A stretch of 64,000 nucleotides of DNA from Camelus dromedarius (lineage: Eukaryota), in assembly GCF_036321535.1 (NCBI RefSeq), contig NC_087437.1, positions 108,440,001 to 108,504,000 on the forward strand, written 5' to 3'. A program made the translations under genes and the position numbers. Under the pieces are notes generated by a model. The model had not been told where the DNA came from and did not search any database. It saw only the letters and a list, made by a program, of their open reading frames with translations. How positions within the stretch are numbered: the stretch's first letter is position 1; every line of letters begins with the position of its first letter. This document shows positions 36,560-49,034 of the stretch, in pieces.

Positions 36560-37285
36560 CACAAATGTTTTTACATGCCCCCCTTCAAAAAACTAACATC
36601 TGTCTAGTCTGCATATGCCTGCAGAATAGATAAACAAGATTACACTGTATAGCACAGAAAATATATACAAGATCTTGTGGTAGCTCACAGTGGAAAAAAA
36701 AATATGACAATGAATATATGTATGTTCATGTATAACTGAAAAATTGTGCTCTAAACTGGAGTTTGATACAACATTGTAAGACTATAATTCAATTAAAAAA
36801 TGTTAAAAAAAAAAAACTAACATCTAATTCCCTTCCCCTTGAATATGGACTGGACATAGTGACTCATTCCAAATGAATAGAACATTGCTGAAGTGGCATT
36901 TACATAATTTCCAATGATAAGTTAGAAAAATATAGTTCAGTCTCAACCTGACTCTCCCTTGAGGTACTCACTCTTAGAACTTAACCACCAAGCTATGAGA
37001 AAGCCAAGTGGCCAAATGGAAAGGTCACACAGAGGTGTTCTGACCATAACCCCAGCACAGGTCCCAGCTGACAGCCAGCATCATCTGTCAGTCAGACATG
37101 CAAATGAGCAAGCTATCCCACGGTTTTAGTCCCCAGACTTTGGGCTGGTCCAGTAAATGCCCAGGGAAACAGAAACATTCATCTCCACAAGCTCCACATA
37201 AATTGAAGAAACTTAAATAAAACAAATATCACTTTTTTAAGTTCTAAGTTTGGGGATGATATGTGACATAACAATAGATTACATC
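36560..37285 (+). mobile_element. MLT1 (H-like) LTR interrupted by a young L1
   Basis: ccttcccccttgaatatggactggacatagtgactc...ctaagtttggggatgatatgtgacataacaatagat. Confidence 0.7.
36602..36810 (+). mobile_element. Young L1 3' end with tiny 5' inversion
   Basis: Perfect 15-bp TSD aaaaaactaacatct at 36587-36601 and 36811-36825; highly similar to the 48.35-48.55 kb L1 tail. Confidence 0.9.
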
Positions 37286-38309
37286 TTTATATTACTGCAA
37301 TATAAAGGTGTCCAGGGACTCCCCGGTTATTACTGTAGAAGAATTTTGTAGAAATCTCCCAAATCTATTAACCTGCTGAGTTGGATCTCAGTACCATGCA
37401 CAAGTGTATGTGCTCAGCTGTCTATTGTAGAAAGCTTCCCAACACTCCAAAGAGAGGACAAATAAAATGGCCAAACATACTATCAAAAGCCACAGAGAGG
37501 ATTTAAGAGGCAGAACTCAATGACCTAACCTAGACTTTGACCAAAACTCTCAGCCTGACATTTCTACCTCTTTCAAAAAGGATGTCACGGGACTTCTGAT
37601 GACCAACCTAGATCAGAACTAGAGTTGGTCAAAACATCTTTATATGAAATGAAACACCACTGAAAACTAATAGGCTGGTGAATTTTGAACTAGAAACTTT
37701 TGCCTCTATTTTGGCCAGAGTACTTTTCAACAGAAGGATAAATCATATTTTTTAAAAAATTCCTCCTAAAAGACATGAATAGCTACAGGTCAGTTACAAT
37801 TGGTTCATTTAAGTTTCTTTCTGAAGTTCAAGGTAATAAAATGGAGTTCAGAGTTTAGGGGGAACAGAACGTCCACACTTTGGATCTAAATATTAGGTCT
37901 ATGTTTGTGATATTTTTTCATGAGGATGGAGATGATACTGAGAGTGAAAGAAAAGAGAGAGAGAATAAACCTCGAAACATGAGTGTGTAACTTGATATGA
38001 TGATGTGCAGATATGCAGGTATGAGAAATAAGGGTGATGGTTGCATCAGTGAGTAGATGCCAGTGAAAATAAACATCAACATTCCAGGATAAGCCTTAAA
38101 GAGAACAGAATATGAGACAATCCTTCAACTTTCTTTCCTTACAGTACCTTTTCTCGTTCCCAAAATGGCACCCTCTAGTGACACTGACCTACTTACTCCT
38201 TCTCCATCTTACCAATATGTCCCAAAGTGCCGTAACTTTGCCACTCCAGGAACTTTTCCTGGAATGTCCTCCGAGTGGTGTTTTGAAATGAAAAAATATC
38301 AAGTCACGC

Positions 38310-38800
38310 AGTCCTAGATTTGGAGGTCACATCTGCCTCCGGCTAACTGCGTAAACTCGAGCCTTTGTTATTTACGACCATCAATTTCAAGACCTGTAAA
38401 ATAGAGATAGAATATCCTCCGTATGATGGTGATGCAGTCCAAGTCAGACAAGACTGACGGAACACTCACCACATCATAGGATAACATGGAGGGCAAGTTC
38501 GGTAAAGGATAACGTCCCCAGGCCCCCTAGTGTCCTACTCAGTGACTCCATACTTACGCTCTGCAATCCTGATGCAGTGGCTCTGCCTCTGTACAGACCT
38601 TGCCAAGGCCCCCAAGGAGAGTTGGACTTCTTTCTCCAGGCTGTCATAGCACAATGGCCACACTGTACTGACTTAATGTGATTATGTGTCTGCTACCTCA
38701 CATAGATCTGGGGCCTTATTAATTCTTTGTGTGTTTTGTCCCTTCTTGATGACAGTCTAGAAATTTTTTTGCTTTGTAATAAAGGCATTTATAAACATGT
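38310..38800. mobile_element. MIR and L2 remnants
   Basis: Degenerate ctgtaaaatagagatag MIR core followed by L2 3'-like sequence. Confidence 0.4.
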
Positions 38801-39309
38801 CATTTATAAAAATTAGTGTCATTGGAGAGAATTGACATGTGGATTACTCAGTATTTGAAAATGTTCTAGTCTGCATTTTAGAGGCCATTGCTCCCCCTCA
38901 TCTGGCTCCCACTCGCCCCACTGTCGCCATTATTTGATTTGATTTATGGCTGGTCCCTGCTCTTCTTTATGACCTTGCCTCTCATGTTTTTTCAAGTCAA
39001 GAGCTGGGCTTTTGTTGTTATTGTTGTGGTGGTGTTGGTGGTGGGTTTTTTTTTTTGTAAACCTAAACTCTTATTAATGAAATATGACCAATCAACGTTA
39101 TAAAGTACTCTTGAAATGTGTAAATCAACATACTACACATTGCCCAAAGGGGCAGTACGAATTGCAAAAGGTGGAAAAACCACTGCTGTACAAGTTTGCT
39201 TTTAGAAATGCATTTTTCTCCTAGGTGAGGTGTTATGTTCAAAAAGAGATTAAACTCAGATCCCTATACTCAATCTACATATTCTTAAACTGCTATATAT
39301 TTCTAGAAA

Positions 39310-39470
39310 TAATAATTATAATGTAGTTAGTGGCCTACTGAGTATTTAATATGGCACAAGCACAAAACTAATAACTTTTTACATGTCATCTCATTTTTAT
39401 CACCATGGCAAAACTTAAGAGAGAGGTATTATCATTGTGTCAATTCCCCAGGTAAGGAATCCAATTAACA
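39310..39470. mobile_element. MIR remnant
   Basis: tactgagtattta...tttacatgtcatctcattt...gagaggtattatcatt. Confidence 0.55.
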
Positions 39471-40193
39471 TTAAACTAATTCAAATTTTATCAGCCTGGT
39501 TTGAACATTTCATACAATTTATACATGGACTCATAGTGGCAGAATTAACCTCTACCTAAGGTTTATGATATTTTTATTATTACCTTGTCTAGTAGTTGGA
39601 TAAGAGTGTCAGTGACCTGTGTCAGACTTTACTGGTCATCAGTAAAGTGAATTCAATTATCTGATTGCCTTCTCTCATCTTAGTGCTCACGTTAATGGGA
39701 AACAGATAAATACATTTCATTAGAAAATTAGAAGCAGAGAAAGAAAAAGTCACGAAAAGTTCAGGAATGGATGCTTCTTAACACAAGCACTAAAGGGAAG
39801 GGATCTGGGCAGTCAGAGGACTCCACGGACACAGCCATCTTTGTGAGCAGATGAAACATTCAAAGAAAAAATTAGCCCATCCTGGTAGTCATATTTATTT
39901 TCTTTTACCAAAGCTGCAGAGGTCTAAGGCTTAAAGTAAGCCATTGTTTCATTTCATTCATCATCATCATCATTTCACTTCATTCATCACTCCACTGACC
40001 TTGATGTAATAAACAGAAAACTAGTCTGAAGTAGCCTTTTCAAATTATATCTACTATAGAATTACTCCAACATATCCAAGGATTCTCCAAAATAAAATCA
40101 TGTACTCTTTATAGAACAAATATTCTTATTGATATACATTTTACTCCAACACACATATTCTTTCAGGATAGAGGCTCAGGCACTGAAGGGTAC

Positions 40194-40353
40194 CTAACAT
40201 GGTCCACTAGTCTCTGAAGGATAGACTTGAGGTCACTTTTGCAGTCCATCAAATGTGGTTGATTCTTTCTTCCTGGCATCTTCCTAGACCATCACTGTGG
40301 ATTGGACCCAATAAGAAATCTCTCATGAAAGCAAACTCCAAAAACTGGACCTC
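40194..40353 (-). other. Candidate 160-nt exon containing a possible start codon (ATG at 40279)
   Basis: Acceptor ctctccctccgttatcctccctctag; weaker donor AG|GTACCC; ORF MPGRKNQPHLMDCKSDLKSILQRLVDHV ends in phase 2. Confidence 0.25.
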
Positions 40354-40719
40354 CTAGAGGGAGGATAACGGAGGGAGAGCACACTGTGCTTCAGTGAGAG
40401 CAGCTGCCCTCGAGAAATAAAAGGTAAATTTTCTTATACTCCCATCCTATGATTAGCTTCTCCAGGAATTTTACTATTTACACCCTTGATAAGATTGCCT
40501 GTATGCAAGTTATAAGACACCACTAAGTTGTTTCTAGATGAGATCAGTACATATGCTGGTTTGACTACCTCATCAAAACTGACTACAAGTTTTATAGCTA
40601 CGCAAACCAGGCATCCCGAATGAATTGATGCTGGTACGCTTAGTGGTGCTGATTAGTGCCCCAGCAAGAACTGGACTTAGAATCACAACTCATATATTCA
40701 ACACTCTGCCACTTTGCCA

Positions 40720-40950
40720 TGAGGCACTGTCATGTAGTAAAAGACATCATCTTTGACATCCTACAGTCCTAAATTCGAATAAAGCCTCTGATATTTATAA
40801 GATACAAAAAAAGAAAAAAATAATTAACCTCTTTGTGCCTTATTTTCCACACATTTAAACTAAAAGCAGTAATACTTCCCCTGCAATATTATTTTGAGAA
40901 TTCGAGATAAATGTTACAAAATGTATGATGTAATTGGTGCACACACAATA
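40720..40950. mobile_element. MIR remnant
   Basis: taattaacctctttgtgccttattttccac...attattttgagaattcgagataa. Confidence 0.6.
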
Positions 40951-40964
40951 GAAATTATTAATAT

Positions 40965-42050
40965 TATTAAAACAGAAAAAATACAATAGAGAAAATCAAA
41001 ACTCAAATGCTGGGTTTGAAATGCCTAACAAAATGCATAAAGCCCTACAAAGACTGATTTTTGAAAAAGGAAGGAAGGTAGAAAGAAAGAAGTGAAGAAG
41101 GGAGGGAGGAAGGAAGGAAGCATCAGGAACCAACTACCAGTATAAGAAATAAATGTGGGGCATAACTACAGGTCCTACACACATCAGAAGTTTATTAGGA
41201 AAATATTTTGAAGATATGTATGTTCAAAATAATTCAATAAATTTGGCAACCGAGATGAAATAGACAAACGCTTTGAAGAAATGCAACTCTCCAAAACTGA
41301 TACAAAAAAAAAAGAAAATCTGCATATCACTAAAGAAACTGAAGTCATAATTTAAAACCTTCCCACAAAGCTACAAAGGAAGCTTCAGACCAAGTTGGCT
41401 TCCTTGAAGAATTCTATCAAACATTCACTACCAGTCTTACATAAACTCCTTTAGAACATAAGGAAATACTTTTTAATTGATATTATGAGATCTACATTAC
41501 CTAATACCAAAACCTAATGAGGACATTACAAGAAAAAAATTATAGAAAAAAAACCCTTATGAACATAAACACAAATATTCTTATCAAAATATTAGTAAAT
41601 CAAATCCAGCAATGTATAATGAAATAATACATCATGACCAAGTATTCAAGACTGCCTTTACAACTGTAAATCAGTCAATTTAATTGATTAACAGAATAGA
41701 AGGTAAAAATCATGTGAATATATCAACACATGCCAAAAAAAGTGCTTGACAAAATTCAACAAAAACTTTTAAAAAACTCTCTTAGCAAAATAGAAGTACA
41801 GGAGAACTAATTCAATCTTATAATAGACATCTGCCAAAAACCTACAGCTAATATAGGACTTAATGGTGAAACACTGAACACTTTTCAAGATCAAGGGTGT
41901 TGACTTTTACCACTTTTATTTAGTATCATCTCAGAAGTCTTAATTAATGAAATAAGGTTGTAAAAATTCGGTTAGTTGATAAAGATTGGAAAGAAGGACA
42001 CAAGAATGTATTGAGACTACATGACTGTATATACAGCAAATCCTAAAGGA
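40965..42050 (+). mobile_element. Old L1M ORF2 fragment
   Basis: acaatagagaaaatcaaa...gaattctatcaaacatt...ttgacaaaattcaac...cttaatggtgaaacactgaa; RT-region debris. Confidence 0.8.
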
Positions 42051-44349
42051 TACTATTGATATTCAGAGTATCACTAATGTCAAATTAATTCTATGCTAAG
42101 GAACAAGAGAAATATCCACTTATTGTCAGCATGCTTTGTCAGTTAACATACTAATCAGCAAATTACAGGTTGTATTTGACTTTATTTCCATGTAGAAGAG
42201 TGATATTAACTCAAGAATAAAACATACGTAGCTTGAGTATCTACCATCAAAATTGGTCTTCGCCCTCAAGGAGTTTTCAGTCTTATAAATTCCAAGACTT
42301 TATATAGAACTCGGATCACACTTACATTTTACAAATAAATTCACAATTAACTGGTATGCATGTTGGCTCTTCTGCCCAGAAACTACAACTTACTGTTCGG
42401 CCCTGCACTGTTACTGTATACATAAATCAGTTGTTCCCATGGCCATTTACTAGCACGATGGGATAATAGGTAAATCTGAGAAACCTGTGTGCTTTTACTG
42501 AAGGCAGCTAAGTGGGAATTTGGGGAGCAACATCTCACACTGAAGCCAGGGGACGGAGGAGGACTAGAGGGGCTCTCAAGCAGAAAGGAATGAGCAGGAG
42601 GCTATTTGGGCACCTGATTCTAGAAAGAAGCAGAAGCAAAGAATGGGTCCAGGTCTAAGAGGGAATAATAATAATGCCAAGCAGTTGAAAAGTGGGTGTG
42701 CACAGAACTTCCGCACAGGTGACAGGGAAGCAATGACTTGAATGGTTAGCAGATCAGTATTTCTGAGCCCATTTATGGTTCAGGTCATACCTCTTAACAG
42801 ACTGGCAGGTCGTGGGAAAGCCAGAGCTTCTGGCGATAAGACTGCAGCCATTTCAAGACATATTATCAGAAATTATTAAAAACAAATGAAAAACAATGGC
42901 TATTTCAGTAGGCAGAACTGAAGCGAAAGAAGACGTATTTTCACATCTTTCTTTGTATAATTTAGTGGGACTAAAGGTAGTAGAATTGTAAGTGATTTTT
43001 CCTTCTTTTGTGTGTGTGTTTTTCCGTATTTTTAAAAAAGGGTAATTGAATTAATATCATGGGGTCAGCAAAATGTTAGCAAAGTATGTGAAGTGTTACA
43101 TGGCAGTGTCACTCCCACCTTAAAGCCATTCTTCCACGCAAAGTACTCTTCTGAGCTCAACCACTATTTGGGCCACCAAAATTACCTTGCTTTCCTTCTA
43201 TTTTTATTTGTATTATTATATTTAATAGTACTTGCTATAATATATAAAGTAACACATTATATAATATATTGTATAAAATATTTATAGTCATTTTATGTAC
43301 AAATGTGAAATTTTCTGATTATGGTACATAATTATTTTATGTACCATTAGATTTATTGTGAATTACTATTATTCTATTTTATTATTGCATCCTATTCAGT
43401 CACTTTACTTTGATCTATCATAGCCCTTGTAGGTTTCAATATATTGTATCCCAAAATACATGCATTTAGGGTGGGTTAGAGAAATAAAGTTCTATCGGAA
43501 ACAAAATTTTAGTCTGGAAAGAATGAAAGTTGCTTTGTCTTATAAGGACAGAAACTCATTCCAGAAGGGAAAAAAAATGCAAACCCACCTTAAAAGTTGC
43601 AAGACATGTCTTTGGCAGTGATCTTTTTTTTTTTTGCTGTGTAGCCACTGGATTAGCTAGAGCCCTGTTGGATGAGCCAGGAGACTTGGAAATGTTCAGA
43701 GAATTCAGGGTCAGTGTGACCTTTTGTGTGCTCAGTTCTTGGGAAAATTGCTAGCTTAAAACGTCCAGGAATGTTTTGTAGAAAGCCAGGCAAATGGCTA
43801 TAAACAAGAGAAGTAGTTACTATTCCAAAACTGAAACTAGGCTAACATGTTGGAGAAGATCATTTACTGCTCCAGAAATTTGCAAAAAGAGATGATGGCA
43901 GCATAAATTTATGACAGTTTTATCAAATAACTAAAATGCTTCGCATGTGACCTTTATTTTGAACATGCTGTTAGTTATAATTTCTCTGTATCATCTATAA
44001 GTTTGTTAAAATGTTTTCCTTAAACAAAAATGAGCTGAAAAAAAGGCATCCAGAATATTATTAGTGATTGATCAGTCAAAAAAAAAAAAAAAAAGCAGAG
44101 TTCTTTACGTCTTATGAACAAAATTTGGTTCTGATGGTCACGAAAGTAGGTAAGCTGAAACATTTAGAGTGATCATTGCTGAAAAGACTAGAAAAATTAG
44201 GGTCAGCTTCCTGAAGATTTGTATGTTCCCTTGAGTTTTGAGAAAGCAATGAAATAAAGTGAAGGAGTTGAGGTGATGTAGAGGAGACCCAGATAGAAGA
44301 TTTTAAGGCATTTTTACAACTCAAAGAGAAGTGATCAGATCATGTTGTA

Positions 44350-44585
44350 TGGTAGATAAGAGCATGGTGTTGAAGCCAGACAAGGGTGAATTTACAGCCG
44401 GGCTTCCCATTTATGCCACACAAAACTTATGAACGCATGCTCTCTGAGCCTCAGTTTACTTCCCCGTAAACTGGGGGTTAGAAGATTGCCTTGCTCATAG
44501 AATTGATATGTATAATAAATGAGATAAAAATGAAAAGCAATTAGCAACTTCTTAGGATGGTTGTTATATAACCATAATAAATGAG
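44350..44585. mobile_element. MIR
   Basis: ctctctgagcctcagtttacttccccgtaaactgggg core. Confidence 0.7.
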
Positions 44586-45064
44586 TTTTTGTTATGTAAA
44601 CATAATAAGTGGTAATTTTATTATGATAATGGAAAGCAAAAAGTCTAACCAGGGTATTGTGTTTCACCTCCTTGATAATATTTTTCATTAAGCCTGCATT
44701 TAACATATAATATAGAACGTATTTTCCTCCCAAGGGAAAATCTTAACATTTTACTGTTTCTTTTAATCTTCTTTTTGTTTCTACTAATCCTAACAAGACA
44801 ATGTATTCCTTCCTCTCCCTAACGATTATCCTCCGACAGGATAAATGAGAGAAAATCCAGCTTCAGCTGCCAGCCTGATGTATTTTGCAGCATCTAAAAT
44901 AAAAAGGAGCAGAAATACTTGTTCCGATCATGCTACAGCTCCCAGGGCTGAGATGGGGTCATTAGAAGTCCATGTGCCACGGTCCTCAGCACAGCTCTGC
45001 CAATTCCTAAAAAAAGATGTGTTCATATTGTTCAATTGTTCATGTGTTCAGGATTGTTCATATT

Positions 45065-45240
45065 GGTTGATTCATTCATATGTGTTTTTAAAAAGGAACA
45101 AGTATTTATTGAACACTCACCATATGCCAGAGCACTGTATAGATGCACTGGATAAAATATATGTGTGTGTATATATATATGTATGAGTAAAACATGGTCC
45201 CTTATTTCAGAGGAACCAAGTTTTGGGCAGAAACATATTC
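45065..45240. mobile_element. L2 3' end remnant
   Basis: attcattca...aacaagtatttattgaacactcaccatatgccagagcactgt. Confidence 0.65.
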
Positions 45241-45499
45241 TCAACATGCTAAATTAACCAGTTATTTTGACTTTATATAGCACACAAGATTTTGTTCCAC
45301 TCAACATGAATATGGGGTATAATAGAACTATAGCTTTTTCATTAATAGAATTAAATTGCAGCACATACTATGCCACTGAAGGACAAATTCCTGCTTTTAA
45401 TGTTCACTCTAGCCATCTTAAATACTTTGTGGAAACAAGTTCAACTAATAAAAATTCAATATTTCTATTAAATAAAATGGGTTAATGAACTCACTGACA

Positions 45500-46260
45500 G
45501 TTATATAATCATAGACTTAATTGAAAATGTTATCAAAGATGAACTTCCAAAGGCCCAAATGGTTTCAGAGTTGAATTTTTTTCAAATGTTTATGTAATGT
45601 TGTATTGTTCAAACTATTCCTTATCTTACAAAAAGAAAAATATTTCACTATGAAAGTCATAATAGTAATAAGAAAATTTTATATATCACAAAACTTACAG
45701 GCAAATGTCAGTAGTGAGTATAGATTTTAAAGTCGGAATAAACTATTTGTAAAATCATACAGTAAACCTTATAAGTATGTCATATTTATATCATTTATAA
45801 ATATATAAGTCACACTTATATATGTTTTACCACATTTATAAGTCAAAGAAGAAAAATCCAATAGGTATCCAACACTTAATTTATCAAATTTAGCTTCCAT
45901 TCCTGACTGTTTTTTACAACTTAGATGAATATTAATTTAATATAGAAAATATATACATATTTATGTGTATATAAATAAACGAACAAAAGTCACATCAAAT
46001 GGTGAAATTAAATGCATTCCTATTAAATTCAGTCATAGGCAAAGATGTCCACGGTTTCCATAACTATCTAACATTTTCCTGTAAGTACCATTCACTGAAA
46101 TACAGTATAAAAATAAATGAGATGTGAAAATACTAAAGAGAAAGAAACACCACTGCAATTATTACAGGTGACTTAATTTTATACCTTGGAAGTCCCAACT
46201 GGAAAACAGTAAGCTCAGAAAGGTGGCAGATTGTAAAAATAAAATACCTATAAATCAACA
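45500..46260 (+). mobile_element. Old L1ME ORF2 fragment
   Basis: aggcccaaatggtttcagagttgaatt...aatggtgaaattaaatgcattcctattaaa. Confidence 0.6.
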
Positions 46261-46583
46261 GTCAGTTGGAGCATTCCAGTCTCTTGAAGTCTAGTTAATA
46301 TGAGCCATTCTATGCACCGTGGAAGTTCAAAGCCCTTCTCAACATTTCTTTTTAATTTCCAGGAGGCTTATGTTCCCATAGTCGCATTTGGCTCTGGGCT
46401 CCTGTTTTGACATGTGCTATATCTCTTTCCTCACAATATCATTTTGCTTGAGTTAGAAAATTGTATTAAATAGTAAGTATATAGGCTTTAAAATAGAAGT
46501 ATGTACAGAAGCAGTATTCATTTACTTATTTTTTCAACCATGTAAAAATCAGGCAACATTTATAAATATATTAAATAAAAACT

Positions 46584-46595
46584 ATATATATGTAC

Positions 46596-46633
<38 letters not shown>
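46584..46633. repeat. (TA)n microsatellite
   Basis: Direct inspection. Confidence 0.9.
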
Positions 46634-46638
<5 letters not shown>

Positions 46639-47643
46639 TCACTTTTTGATTATTTATTGAAGGGAAAATGGCATAACATTTTAAATTGAAATTATATGTC
46701 CCTTATTCTTCATTCTGTAGAGTGACTATTTCATAAGTTTTAAATTTACTGAAAGGAAGAAATTTGTTAACTCTGTTAAAGCAATAGCATGCTACTGAAA
46801 TCTCCACAAGACAGAATTTCCTGTTTATATCTCTTGAAAATTGTCACTACAAATGTTAGAGATGTTTGAGTTGAATGTTTAACCTGTAAGTAATATGATT
46901 ATAATTTCATGAGTGCATTAGCTTTAACTTGCATGTTACAAACCTCGTACTTCTAAATTTTAATTTCGTTTCAGTTATCTTAATAAATTGATACGTCCAT
47001 CTCAGCATTACTTGAGAATCTGTGAATATTTTAAATCATTAAAGCAGTCTCTAAAATGCCTTCCACCAAACACAGAGATTTATTCTTGGGAAAAATATTT
47101 TCTAGAGAAAAATATCACTGCAAGTAACTCTTTAAAAAGAAATAATGCTGAGTAGCTCTTTGTTTAAAAAAAAAGGTTTTCTCAGTGATTAAACAAGCAA
47201 AATATTTGAAAACGATGTCATATAATTTATAAACATGATGCTCCTTAAAAATACAGAAATCCCTCAGGACTTTCTTTCTAGATACTGTTGATTGCTTCTG
47301 TATTCCTGAGACCACCCTGTCTTATCCTGGTTTGAACCAATTCTTCAAGCACATTGATCAGTCATCACTGATGAGAAAGAGAAAAGGACTCATATTTCCT
47401 GAGTACCTACTTATCACTTGGGTTTCTACGAAGACCTTTCACATCTATAATGTTATCCACACTGTGGACACTGAGCTTAAAAAATTTGGATGAGATCAAG
47501 AGGAACCAGAACACAAACCTGCACATCTTACCCTTCCTTCCAATGAACCACTTGTGTTTCCTTTGCATTTTCATCTTTTGTGGCAGAGGGACCCATCTAT
47601 GTCATTTGTTTTGCTCACAAAACAAGAAAGAGCTCTATTGCTG

Positions 47644-49019
47644 TGTCAATGAAATTTCAATCAACTATCAAGTTAAGAAGAAAAAAAGGGAATTTTTACT
47701 AATTATCAAAGAAATGCAAATCAAAACTACGATGAGATATCACTTCACACCAGTCAGAATGGCCATCGTTCAAAAGTCCACAAATGACAAATGCTGGAAA
47801 AGCTGCGGAGCAAAGGGAACCCTCCTACACTGCTGGTGGGAATGTAGTTTGGTGCAGTCACTGTGGAAAACAGTATGGAGATTCTGCAAAAGACTAGGAA
47901 TACACTTACCATATGACCCAGGAATCTCTCTCCTGGGCATATATCCAGAAGGAGCCCTACTTCAAAATGACACCTGCACCCCAATGTTGATAGCAGCACT
48001 ATTTACAATAACCAACACATGGAAACAGCCTGAATGTCCATCAACAGATGACTGGATAAAGAAGAAGTGGTATATTTATACAATGGAATACTATTCAGCC
48101 ATAAAAATGACAACATAATGCCATTTGCAGCAACATGGATGTCATGTCTATGGAGAATGTCATTCTAAGTGAAGTAAGCCAGAAAGAGAAAGAAAAATAC
48201 CATATGAGATCGCTCATATGTGGAATCTTAAAAAAAAAAAAAAAGAACATAAATACAAAACAGAAAAAGACTCATAGACATAACGCAAACTTGTGGTTGC
48301 CAAGGGGGTAGGAAGGGACAGACTGGGATTTCAAAATTTGTAGATACTGACAGGCATATATTGTATAGATAAACAAGATTATACTGCATAGCACAGGGAA
48401 ATATATACAAGATCTTGTGGTAGCTCACAGTGAAAAAAAATGTGACAATGAATATATGTATGTTCAAGTATAACTGAAAAATTATGCTCTACACTGGAAT
48501 TTGACACAACATTGTAGAATGACTATAACTCAATAAAAAATGTTTTTTAAAAAAGGGAATTTTATTTGAGCCAAGCTGAAGATTATAACAGAGGAAGTAG
48601 AGTCTCAGAAAGCTCTGGGGACTGTACCACCTGTTAGAAGTTGAAGGCACAGCCATATACATTTTTGAGACAAAGCATCATACATCAAAATGACACAGTG
48701 ATATTTCACATAAAGTTCACTGAGGAGACATAGTCCAGGTAAGCACATACAAGGTAAGAAGGAAGTCATCATGACCCCTACAAAGCTGGGAGGGAACAGT
48801 ATTCTTTTAAGAAGTTACATTGCTAGCGTCAGAAGAAAGAAAAAAAAATTGATTTTTATGGTTAAGCAACCTTCAACTTGTTTTTGAGGAACTCTGGTTA
48901 ATGTGTAATGCGACGCTCACTGCGCCTGAGGGACGGAGGAGACCCAAACAAACATGAAGAGAGAATCGTTTGTTTAACTTTCTCTTGTCTTGCCTTAAAA
49001 TATAAATTTTATTTCATCA
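47644..49019 (-). mobile_element. ERV1-type solo LTR interrupted by an L1
   Basis: TG...CA termini, flanks gctg/actg; homologous to LTR at 52702-53159 (tgtcaatgaaat..., gattataac..., ctcagaaagctctg, cttgtcttgcc). Confidence 0.8.
47697..48548 (+). mobile_element. Young 5'-truncated L1 (ORF2 C-terminal cysteine-rich region and 3'UTR)
   Basis: MQIKTTMRYHFTPVRMA...[18 protein letters not shown]...WYIYTMEYYSAIK; perfect 15-bp TSD aaaaaagggaatttt at 47682-47696 and 48549-48563. Confidence 0.95.
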
Positions 49020-49034
49020 ACTGTGTACTTTTTG

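Noticed and set aside
47450..48118. Longest ORF in the track (222 aa)
   Set aside because: It is a chance fusion of flanking and LTR sequence to the L1 ORF2 C-terminus; the boundary coincides with the L1 TSD.
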